Assembly: GCA_020633995.1 (NCBI GenBank)
Contig: JACKCO010000004.1
Span: 310,243-374,242, forward strand
DNA from: Campylobacterota bacterium
Lineage (GTDB): Bacteria > Babelota > Babeliae > Babelales > RVW-14
Reading direction: 5' to 3'
DNA: 64,000 nucleotides
Below the pieces are notes generated by a model. That model saw only the letters and a program-made list of their open reading frames with translations, was not told the origin of the DNA and searched no databases. Shown one piece after another: positions 18,262 to 26,329 of this stretch. Position 1 is the stretch's first letter. Each line of letters begins with the position of its first letter. Both the position numbers and the translations under genes were made by a program.

Positions 18262-19227
18262 ATGAAAGTTGGTATGATTTTTCCTGGCCAGGGGTCTCAG
18301 TTTCTTGGCATGGGTAAAGAAATTTATGATCAAGAACGCTTGGTACAAGAATTTTTTGAAGAAGCATCTATGTGCTTGGATCAAAATTTTGTACGTCTTT
18401 GTTTTGCCTCATCAGATAAAGAACTTCGTGAAACGGTCAATGCTCAAACATCAATTTTTTTGGTGAGTGCATCGTTGTATGCATTGCTTAACAAAAAGTA
18501 TAACATAACGCCAGACGTTGTTGCTGGTCACAGTTCTGGTGAATATGCAGCAATTTTTGCTGCTGGTGGTATTAGTTTTCCGGATGGGTTGTACCTGCTC
18601 AAAAAACGGTCACTGTTTATGGATGAGGCAACACGCAAATTTCCGGGCAGCATGGCTGCGGTGCTCGGGCTTTCTTTTGACAAGTTGCAGCGCTTGTGTG
18701 AGCAGTATGACCAACCAAATTCAATTGAGCATGTGCTTGAAATCGTCAACTATAATACGGCCGATCAGCTTGTTATTTCTGGCACAAGTCCAGAAATTGA
18801 AATGGTTACACATGACATCAAGGCGGAGCGGGGCAAGGTGATACCCCTCAACGTTGCCGGAGCGTTTCATTCACGACTGATGAAAGAGGCTGAAGCACAT
18901 TTTGGTATGTACATGGTTAAAGTTGATTTTAAGGATTTGGCTGTTCCATTGGTTAACAATGTGCAAGCACGTATTGTCAAAAATAACGAAGAAATCAAAC
19001 AGTCGTTGGTGCAGCAAATGAGCGGGCATGTGCAGTGGTGGCCATCGATGCATCATTTTCAAAAATGTGATTTGATCATTGAGGTTGGCCCTAACGTAAA
19101 GTTGTCAAAAATGTTGAAGCGTGTATGGCCAGAAAAAGAAATTGTTTCATTTAATACAATGGACGATCTGAAAAAGATTTTACGCTACTTTGGCAAAGAG
19201 ATAATTCATGAAGACAATCAAGAGTAG
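18262..19227 (+). CDS. fabD: Malonyl-CoA:ACP transacylase
   Basis: ATG at 18262 with ggagg 7 nt upstream. The track ORF begins at an upstream alternative start. FPGQGSQ and GHSSGEYAA motifs. Confidence 0.9.
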   Translation: MKVGMIFPGQGSQFLGMGKEIYDQERLVQEFFEEASMCLDQNFVRLCFASSDKELRETVNAQTSIFLVSASLYALLNKKYNITPDVVAGHSSGEYAAIFAAGGISFPDGLYLLKKRSLFMDEATRKFPGSMAAVLGLSFDKLQRLCEQYDQPNSIEHVLEIVNYNTADQLVISGTSPEIEMVTHDIKAERGKVIPLNVAGAFHSRLMKEAEAHFGMYMVKVDFKDLAVPLVNNVQARIVKNNEEIKQSLVQQMSGHVQWWPSMHHFQKCDLIIEVGPNVKLSKMLKRVWPEKEIVSFNTMDDLKKILRYFGKEIIHEDNQE

Positions 19228-19951
19228 CGAACCTAAAAATATTATCGTCACGGGTGGGCTGCGTGGTATTGGCTATGCCATTGCGTGTGGGCTGACGCAG
19301 CGTGGCGATCGCGTCTTTATTTTTGACTGTGCACCGTCTGATGATCAGCATGTTAGTCAGCTTGCCGGCTTGGGTATTGAGTATGTGCAAGTTGATGTTG
19401 CTGACGCAGTTTCGGTAAAGGCAGGCTTTGAACATGTCTGCGTCCAGCTGGCAGATCAAACACTTGATGGGGTGGTTAACAATGCTGGTATCACCCGAGA
19501 TAATTTGGCAGTGCGTATGAGTGAGGCAGACTGGGACCGTGTGTGTGCGGTCAACCTCAAAGGAACATTTTTATGTTCTCAGCAAGCGCTTGCACGTATG
19601 GTTCGTCAAAAAAAATCATACATTATCAACATTGCCTCCATTGTTGGCATCAAAGGAAATGCTGGTCAGGCTAACTATGTTGCCAGCAAGGCAGGTGTTA
19701 TTGGCTTGACTAAGTCACTTGCACAAGAGTATGCCAAACGTAATGTTCTTGTTAATGCCATTGCTCCCGGATTTATTACAACGCCGATGACTGATGTGCT
19801 TTCTGATCAAGTTCGTGAAAACATTTTAAACTACATTCCACTCAAACGTTTTGGCAGTCCAGAAGATGTAGCCAACCTTGTGCTTTTCTTGACGTCTGGT
19901 CGTGCTGACTATATCACTGGCCAGGTGGTTGAAGTTGCTGGTGGAATGTAA
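19208..19951 (+). CDS. fabG: 3-oxoacyl-ACP reductase
   Basis: 247 aa SDR. TGGLRGIG, NNAG and YVASKAG catalytic motifs. Overlaps the fabD end by 20 nt. Confidence 0.9.
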   Translation: MKTIKSSEPKNIIVTGGLRGIGYAIACGLTQRGDRVFIFDCAPSDDQHVSQLAGLGIEYVQVDVADAVSVKAGFEHVCVQLADQTLDGVVNNAGITRDNLAVRMSEADWDRVCAVNLKGTFLCSQQALARMVRQKKSYIINIASIVGIKGNAGQANYVASKAGVIGLTKSLAQEYAKRNVLVNAIAPGFITTPMTDVLSDQVRENILNYIPLKRFGSPEDVANLVLFLTSGRADYITGQVVEVAGGM

Positions 19952-20001
19952 TGTCTCTTCCAGAGGTGCTACTTTTTTTATCATGGGCAAAAACTACCGG
20001 C

Positions 20002-20095
20002 GTCATCCTCTGACCTGTCCTCTTGCTTGACAAGGGGATTGACCAGAGGATCTAGATCTCCGACCCCCACTTTCGTGAGGGCTGCCGGGGATGAC
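20002..20095. repeat. Two adjacent hairpin modules (one nested; one GAAA-loop type, minus orientation)
   Basis: gtcatcctctg[acctgtcctcttgcttgacaaggggattgac]cagaggatc (20002-20052), then gatctccgacccccactttcgtgagggctgccggggatgac (20055-20095). Confidence 0.85.
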
Positions 20096-20131
20096 CCTTG
20101 CTAAGAGACTAAAGCTATTTATTAAAGAAAG

Positions 20132-20644
20132 TCACTTCTTTGGTAGCGCCTCAATTGAATATTCATGACCTGTGTAATCAAAAAACTTGATTAGATCATT
20201 GTTTGATATGGTCACCGTCATATCATTTCTGAGTGGGTGATAGTTTACCTGTTCATGCTGCATCATCTCTTCATCCAAAATAACACGGACCATTTTTTGG
20301 GTATCGTTGATCACTGCAAACGGGCAAACTGAGCCGGGTTTGATGCCTAGATAGTGCATGAGATAGTCGTCGTTAGCAAACGATAAGTGCCCAAGTTCGT
20401 ACTGCTTTTGAAATTGTTTGAGGTCAAGGCGTGTGCTGTCGAGCATAACAACCAAAAAAAATTGATCTTTTTTATTTTTTAAAAAAAGATTTTTGCAGTG
20501 AGCACCTGGTAGTTTTGCTTTTAAAAATGATGCCTCGTCGGCGGTAAAGACTGGCTCATGTGTTGTGTTGGTGTAGGGGATGTCAAGTTGTTCAAAAAGC
20601 GCGAATAATTCTTGCTCTGCGTTGTCGTGGAGTGTGTGCTGCAT
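20132..20644 (-). CDS. YbaK/ProX-type aminoacyl-tRNA deacylase domain protein
   Basis: 170 aa. HCKNLFLKNKKDQFFLVV..GIKPGSVCPFAVIND..NYHPLRNDMT matches the PrdX/ProX pattern I recall. Confidence 0.75.
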   Translation of the reverse strand: MQHTLHDNAEQELFALFEQLDIPYTNTTHEPVFTADEASFLKAKLPGAHCKNLFLKNKKDQFFLVVMLDSTRLDLKQFQKQYELGHLSFANDDYLMHYLGIKPGSVCPFAVINDTQKMVRVILDEEMMQHEQVNYHPLRNDMTVTISNNDLIKFFDYTGHEYSIEALPKK

Positions 20645-20699
20645 GATTTGGTTCCTGGTTAGATGGTTACTATTTTTAGCGTTTAAGATATCAAGAATA

Positions 20700-21235
20700 T
20701 GGTGGGAGCGCTAGGTTTGCATGGATCCCGGCTCGTATCCCCTTGTCAAGCACGAGGACAGGCTTGGGATGACGACAAGGGGTTGTAATGCTGTACAACA
20801 AACGGTGTCTTCCTGCACCATGTGCTCTGCTGACGTCATCCTGAATTTATTTCATTGTTAACTCAAATCCAACAAAAAAGGTGTCATCCTCGAGTCCCAT
20901 CGAGGATCTCGTTTAAAGTGCTTTTTATTGATCAGTAGCAACGATTAGTAATGAAAATAAGATTCCCGATCGGTGTCGGGAATGACGCCTATTCAATCGC
21001 ATATGATTTGACAAGTAGCACCTTGATCAGAGTATCGTTTCAGCATCTAGCTAAGTAAGAGAGAAAAGATCCTGAAATAAATTCAGGATGACGTGAGGTA
21101 TAGCCCATGCCAACACTCCCCCTTGTCCGATACCGATCAGGGCATCCTGAACTTATTTTCCTCCTAACTAAATTTCTTAATATACGATTTTTTCCTACAA
21201 AGCCTGCAATAACTGTAGCCTTGTACATGCTGTTA
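20700..21235. repeat. Intergenic cluster of hairpin repeat modules
   Basis: Examples: 20723-20776 (nested), 20883-20908 gtcatcctcgagtcccatcgaggatc, 20961-20988 gattcccgatcggtgtcgggaatgac, 21069-21092 gatcctgaaataaattcaggatgacg. Confidence 0.85.
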
Positions 21236-21341
21236 TGTGCACAAAAGTGGTAAAAAATTATGAATGCGGTATGCTTATATGGCCTTAAGGCACGAAAAAA
21301 GTAAGGATGTATTGCACCCTCAATTGTTAGGAGATTTTACC

Positions 21342-21590
21342 ATGGCTTTCTCACAAGAAGATACGCTTCAAAAAATAAGCGCAATTATCGCAGAAAAATT
21401 AACTATTCCAGCACAAAATATCACCTCAGAGTCTACCTTTAAAGATCTTGGTGCAGACTCACTCGATATCGTTGAAATCATCATGGGATTTGAAGAAACT
21501 TTTGGCATCGAAATTAAAGATGAAGATGCGGAAAAAATTAAAACAGTTGGTGAGGCGGTAACGCTTATCCACGCTGCACGAACCAAATAA
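21342..21590 (+). CDS. acpP: Acyl carrier protein
   Basis: ATG at 21342 after ttaggag. [10 protein letters not shown] phosphopantetheine-attachment motif. 82 aa. Confidence 0.92.
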   Translation: MAFSQEDTLQKISAIIAEKLTIPAQNITSESTFKDLGADSLDIVEIIMGFEETFGIEIKDEDAEKIKTVGEAVTLIHAARTK

Positions 21591-21601
21591 TACGGCTTGC
21601 T

Positions 21602-22873
21602 ATGACCAAGCAGCATGAGGTTGTTGTAACAGGCATTGGGTTAGTAACCCCGCTGGGCAATGACACACAAACAACGTGGCGCAATGCCATTGCTGGCAAA
21701 TCCGGCATTGTTGCGCTTCAGTCAGACGAATATGCTCAGCAACCACATGCAATGGCAGGGTTGGTGCGTGGTGAGCAAGAAGCGCTTGATCATCTTGTTA
21801 ATGCAAAAGATCAAGCACGCAGTCATCGATTTATGCATCTTGGGTTGCTTGCGGCCCATCAAGCACTTACTGATGCCGCACTGTTGGATGCAGACCAAGC
21901 AGTACGTGACCACATTGGTGTGTACATGGGCGTCAGCGTTGGTGCGCTTGACGTCATTTGCCAGTCGGCACTACAGGCAGACAAAGACGGTCACCACCGC
22001 CGCGTTTCGCCCTTTGCGCTGCCCAAAGCAATTACCAACATGGCACCAGCCTGGGTGAGTATGCAATGGGGTTTGAAGGGGCCGGTGCTTGCGTTTGCAA
22101 ATGCCTGTAGCTCAAGTTCAGATGCACTCGGTTTTGCATTTCGCGCTGTGCGTGACGGATACGCTCCCTACATGCTTGCTGGTGGCAGTGAGAGTTGCAT
22201 TACACCGCTTACGCTTGCAGGGTTTTACAACATGCGTGCGCTTTCTCGTTGGCCGGGCGCTCCTGAGCAGGCCAGTCGTCCGTTTGATCAAAAACGTTGT
22301 GGATTTGTTATTGCAGAAGGTGCTGCTATGCTTATGCTTGAGCGTGCAGAGTCTGCCTATGCACGCGGTGCAACTATTTACGGTACTATCAAAGGGTATG
22401 GTGCAACCAGTGATGCATTTCACATGACGGCAATGCAGCCAGATGGGCTTGGTGCGCAACGCGCCGTTTTGCAGGCGCTTGATCAAGCTGGACTGCAACC
22501 AACAGACATTGGTTATGTCAATGCGCACGGCACCTCAACGCCGATGAATGATGCAACTGAGTCAAAAATGTTTAAACGGGTGTTTGGCACTTATGCTGAC
22601 CCTGAGCAGAAAAATCACGTTCGTGTAAGTAGTACAAAATCAATGACCGGGCATATGCTTGGTGCAGCTGGTGCTGCTGAGGCTGCATTTTGTTTGCTTG
22701 CACTTCATAATGGCGTATTGCCGCCGACTATTAATTTAGACACGCCTGATTCGGCTTGCGAGCTGGACTATATTGCAAATGCTGCCTGCACGCTTTCTGT
22801 TGAACATGCGCTTTCTACCTCCTTTGGTTTTGGTGGTGGTAATGCTGCGCTTGTGTTTGGTAGGGGCAACTAA
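21602..22873 (+). CDS. fabF: 3-oxoacyl-ACP synthase II
   Basis: 423 aa. Active-site ACSSS, HGTSTP and GHMLGAAG motifs. Confidence 0.92.
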   Translation: MTKQHEVVVTGIGLVTPLGNDTQTTWRNAIAGKSGIVALQSDEYAQQPHAMAGLVRGEQEALDHLVNAKDQARSHRFMHLGLLAAHQALTDAALLDADQAVRDHIGVYMGVSVGALDVICQSALQADKDGHHRRVSPFALPKAITNMAPAWVSMQWGLKGPVLAFANACSSSSDALGFAFRAVRDGYAPYMLAGGSESCITPLTLAGFYNMRALSRWPGAPEQASRPFDQKRCGFVIAEGAAMLMLERAESAYARGATIYGTIKGYGATSDAFHMTAMQPDGLGAQRAVLQALDQAGLQPTDIGYVNAHGTSTPMNDATESKMFKRVFGTYADPEQKNHVRVSSTKSMTGHMLGAAGAAEAAFCLLALHNGVLPPTINLDTPDSACELDYIANAACTLSVEHALSTSFGFGGGNAALVFGRGN

Positions 22874-22948
22874 ATTATAACGGAGATTCTGAAGCGATAT
22901 TTTGATTGCGTTAGAGAGATCCTGAAACGATACTCTGATCAAGTCAGA

Positions 22949-23314
22949 GCACATGGTTCAGCATGGCGTCGAGAAGAGTGCGTGATTCAGGATGACGTCG
23001 GTCGGGGAGTGTGTAGTTAAGGATGACGTCAGGAGTGCAACTTTTCCGTCGGGAACGACAAATTTTTTGTATGCCAATTCTCCAAGCAAGGTGTTCTTAA
23101 AAAAAGAAATGTTACTCTGAAATAGAGAGACGTTGCCTTAAACTCGGTAGAAGCATTCTGCATTTGGTAGATGCACCCTGAGTCGAGAAGACGTCACCCT
23201 GGGGGTGAGAGGTGTCACTCTCAGTTGAGGGGGGCATTCTGAGTCGAGAGAACAACGTACCTTGAACTCGGTAGACGTCACCCTGAATTTATTTCAGGGT
23301 CTTCTTGATAAAGA
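22949..23314 (+). repeat. Long direct repeat R1 flanking the GIY-YIG pair (31-nt tandem units plus a ~20-nt degenerate array plus a hairpin)
   Basis: Near-identical to 24335..24712. It ends in gtcaccctgaatttatttcagggtc (23277-23301). Confidence 0.85.
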
Positions 23315-23338
23315 TTGTTAGTCGAGGATCATCTGACT

Positions 23339-23623
23339 ATGGCTTTTTATGTTTATATTATGGCAAACAAACCACGTGGGACTTTGTACATAGGAGTTAC
23401 CAATAATTTATCACGTAGAGTTTGGCAGCATAAGCAAAAGACCCTAGATGGTTTTTCAAAGAAATATAATCTGACACGTCTTGTCTGGGCTGAAAAAATT
23501 GAATATGGCCAGCAGGCTATCGCTCGTGAAAAGCAATTAAAACGTTGGCATCGTGAGTGGAAAGTTAATTTGATTGAGTCTTTAAACCCAGAGTGGGATG
23601 ATTTGTACTCCACGTTAGTGTAG
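23339..23623 (+). CDS. GIY-YIG (URI-domain, COG2827-type) nuclease, copy 1
   Basis: MAFYVYIMANKPRGTLYIGVTNNLSRRVWQHKQ..REKQLKRWHREWKVNLIE shows the GIY-YIG core with conserved R and E. ATG at 23339, gagga 10 nt upstream. Confidence 0.85.
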   Translation: MAFYVYIMANKPRGTLYIGVTNNLSRRVWQHKQKTLDGFSKKYNLTRLVWAEKIEYGQQAIAREKQLKRWHREWKVNLIESLNPEWDDLYSTLV

Positions 23624-23747
23624 ATCCTGAAACGATACTCTGATGAAAATAGAGATCCTGAAACGAGTTCAGGATGACGTCTTTTCGTTCAGGATGACGT
23701 CATGTAAGGATAGGTGAATGTTGCGTTCTTCTGTGTGGAGGAGATTT

Positions 23748-23912
23748 TTACTCTGAATCTGGTGGTAGATGCACCCTGAGTCGAGAAGACGTCACCCTGG
23801 GGTGAGAAGGTGTCACTCTCAGTTGAGGGGGGCGCTCTGAGTCGAGAGAACAACGTACCTTGAACTCGGTAGACGTCACCCTGAACTTGTTTCAGGGTCT
23901 TCTTGATAAAGA
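23748..23912 (+). repeat. Middle copy (R2) of the ~20-nt degenerate repeat array plus hairpin
   Basis: Same unit series as 23140-23314. It ends in gtcaccctgaacttgtttcagggtc and the shared leader sequence. Confidence 0.8.
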
Positions 23913-23936
23913 TTGTTGGTCGAGGATCATCTGACT

Positions 23937-24230
23937 ATGGCTTTTTATGTTTATATTATGGCAAACAAACCACGTGGGACTTTGTATATTGGTGTTACAA
24001 GTAACCTTGCTCAAAGAGTTTTGCAGCACAAACAAAAAAAGGTGTCTGGCTTTACGCAAAAATATAATCTTTCTCAGCTTGTGTGGGTGAAAGTTAGTCT
24101 TTCTATGCAAGAGGCAATTACGCTTGAGAAACGCTTGAAGAAGTGGAACCGAAGCTGGAAAATGGAGCTCGTAGAATCAACGAATCCCAACTGGCAAGAT
24201 CTATCTCATGTGTTATTTAACATTGATTAA
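23937..24230 (+). CDS. GIY-YIG (URI-domain) nuclease, copy 2
   Basis: MAFYVYIMANKPRGTLYIGVTSNLAQRVLQHKQ..LEKRLKKWNRSWKMELVE. The first 50 nt are identical to copy 1, then it diverges. Confidence 0.85.
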   Translation: MAFYVYIMANKPRGTLYIGVTSNLAQRVLQHKQKKVSGFTQKYNLSQLVWVKVSLSMQEAITLEKRLKKWNRSWKMELVESTNPNWQDLSHVLFNID

Positions 24231-24236
24231 AATCTA

Positions 24237-24271
24237 GATCCCCGATGGGACTCGGGGATGACCCCTTTTTT
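24237..24271 (+). terminator. Hairpin module acting as a likely terminator of GIY-YIG copy 2
   Basis: gatccccga-tgggac-tcggggat, then gacccc plus T6 (24266-24271), 7 nt after the stop. Confidence 0.5.
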
Positions 24272-24334
24272 ATTGGATTTAACTTTACAGCAACACTCTG
24301 GACAGTTGTAAAACAAGTTCAGGATGACGTCAGG

Positions 24335-24712
24335 GCACATGGTTCAGCATGGCGTCGAGAAGAGTGCGTGATTCAGGATGACGTCGGTCGGGGAGTGTGT
24401 GGTTCAGGATGACGTCGGTCGGGGAGTGTGTGGTTCAGGATGACGTCGAGGGGCGCAACTTTTCCGTCGGGAACGACAAATTTTTTGTATGCCAATTCTC
24501 CAAGCAAGGTTGTTCTTAAAAAAAGAAATGTTACTTTGAAATAGAGAGACGTTGCCTTAAACTCGGTAGAAGCATTCTGCATTTGGTAGATGTACCCTGA
24601 GTCGAGAAGACGTCACCCTGGGGGTGAGAAGGTGTCACTCTCAGTTGAGGGGGGCATTCTGAGTCGAGAGAACGTACTCTGAACGAAAAGACGTCACCCT
24701 GAATTTATTTCA
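24335..24712 (+). repeat. Long direct repeat R3 (gene-less copy of R1)
   Basis: Collinear with 22949..23314 apart from one extra 31-nt unit. It ends in gtcaccctgaatttatttca. Confidence 0.85.
24372..24456 (+). repeat. 31-nt tandem repeat, about 2.7 units
   Basis: ttcaggatgacgtcggtcggggagtgtgtgg starts at 24372, 24403 and 24434 (partial). The R1 equivalent at 22986-23038 has one unit fewer. Confidence 0.85.
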
Positions 24713-24774
24713 CTACCGTTCAAAGTGTTATTTTATTCTTATAATACTATATTTTTTAGTAAACATTTTTTTCT

Positions 24775-24960
24775 GGGGGGTCATCCCCGAGGCCCATCGG
24801 GGATCTCGCTTGAAACACTTTTTATTGATCAGGCCAACGATTAGTAATGAAAACAAGATTCCCGATCAGCTCCCGTGTCAAGCACGAGCACATGGTTCAG
24901 GATGACGACACGCAAGTGCATGATCCCCAAAAAAAATCCCCACAAACAATTTAAGCCTCC
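24775..24960. repeat. Hairpin repeat cluster (composite ~110-bp unit also present at 20883-20990)
   Basis: gtcatccccgaggcccatcggggatctcgcttgaaacactttttattgatcag..cgattagtaatgaaaacaagattcccgatc parallels 20883-20975. Confidence 0.8.
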
Positions 24961-25018
24961 CTGACCAGGAAGGTCAAGAAGGCTTAAAAGGGATTGGGTT
25001 GTGTGTCTTAGATGAAAG

Positions 25019-26329
25019 TTATTTTGTTAATGCAGCTCTGACAGCATTAACAACACTTGAAGCATTGTTTGTTACTGTAGGAACGATGTTCTTAACAGCT
25101 TCGAGTGCAGCACCACTGCGAGCAGCAGCTTGAGCGGTAAGGTTGCTCATAGCAACAGGAGCAGCGGCACGTGCAGCAGCAAGAGCAGCTATAACACCTG
25201 CAGTTGTTGGCATGCTAACGGTACCAAGTGCAACTGCGGTTGCAGCAGCTTCTGTTGCAAAACCTAGAGCACCAATACCAGTCAACGTACCAGCAAGCTT
25301 AGCAGCTTTAGTAGCGTTTTCTTGAAACTTTTCAAGCATTGTTGGTTCTACTACTGGAGCAATTGGAGCTTTAACAACAAGACCTTTAACAGCTTGTGCA
25401 AAGCCTTTAATGCTATCAAGGTTTGCGTAACCAAGACCAGCAGCAGCTATAACAGCAGCAGCAATTGCTTTTTTCTTGTGAGTTTTAACTTTGTTAGCTG
25501 TCCAGTTATAACCAGCTTTAACTTTACCAGTTGTCCATTGACCAGCTTGAGCAAGTTTGTCTTTTTTCCAGTAACCAAGACCAGCAGCCACAAGAGCAGC
25601 TGAAGCGATACCAGCATTTTTAGCTGTTACATATTCAAGACCAGCTTTACCAAAGTCAACACATGCTTGCTTGCTTGGCACAAAACCAGCAACTTTGCCC
25701 AGAGCGTTGGTAGCATTTTCTTTAGTTGCAACAGCCCTGATAGCATCAAGATTTGTGTAACCAAGGTAGCCAAGACCAGCAAGACCAGTAGCCAATGCTG
25801 TGTTTCTTACAACGTGGCTGTTGTTTTCAAGAGCAGCAATAAGAGCATCCGTGATGTGTTGCTTTTCGTTAGCTGCATTTTTTGAGTAAGCCTGTGTGAT
25901 GTTGTCAATGTAGCCAGCTTTAATTTTGTTCACAACAGTAGTGGTGAGTGCATCAACGTTGTCGAGTTTTGCAGTTTTACATTTGTTTTGAAAACCCTTA
26001 ATAACTGACGCCATACGTGGAACAAAACTACCTGACTTTGAAACATAACCAACTTTACCGGTCATTAAGCTTTTAAAGTTGTCAAGTCTTGTTGGATTCG
26101 TTTCCTTGTTGGTAAAGGTAACTTGAAGACCATCTGCTAATTCTTGTAAGAACTCGCCATCTTGCTTGTTTTCTGGTTTTTGTTGAGCAAAGTGTTCTGC
26201 AACGCTTGCAACAACTGTGTTGTTACTTGTGCAAATGTCTTGTCTGCTTTGTGTAACAGTAGCACTAACGTTTGCAAACAAACCAACTGCAATAACAGCA
26301 GCCATGATTTTTTTGTTAGGTGTAACCAT
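25019..26329 (-). CDS. Ala-rich secreted or membrane-associated protein with AGLGY repeats
   Basis: 436 aa. GGAGG Shine-Dalgarno. Signal peptide MVTPNKKIMAAVIAVGLFANVSA. Three (L/A)AGLGY(x)NLD/KKD repeats. Confidence 0.7.
   Translation of the reverse strand: MVTPNKKIMAAVIAVGLFANVSATVTQSRQDICTSNNTVVASVAEHFAQQKPENKQDGEFLQELADGLQVTFTNKETNPTRLDNFKSLMTGKVGYVSKSGSFVPRMASVIKGFQNKCKTAKLDNVDALTTTVVNKIKAGYIDNITQAYSKNAANEKQHITDALIAALENNSHVVRNTALATGLAGLGYLGYTNLDAIRAVATKENATNALGKVAGFVPSKQACVDFGKAGLEYVTAKNAGIASAALVAAGLGYWKKDKLAQAGQWTTGKVKAGYNWTANKVKTHKKKAIAAAVIAAAGLGYANLDSIKGFAQAVKGLVVKAPIAPVVEPTMLEKFQENATKAAKLAGTLTGIGALGFATEAAATAVALGTVSMPTTAGVIAALAAARAAAPVAMSNLTAQAAARSGAALEAVKNIVPTVTNNASSVVNAVRAALTK

Noticed and set aside
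20700-21235. Track ORFs fall inside repeat clusters. Examples are 21040..21228, 24373..24582, 29996..30247, 31660..32233, 38061..38369, 40185..40452, 53941..54333 and 60394..60594.
   Set aside because: Their sequences are concatenations of palindromic modules. The same DNA reads open on both strands, they have no ribosome-binding context, and their translations are low-complexity (GDDP/RGSS-type).
24372-24456. This could be a CRISPR-like array, because regularly spaced 31-nt repeats are present.
   Set aside because: The units are directly abutting tandem repeats with no unique spacers. There are fewer than three copies, and no cas genes are nearby.
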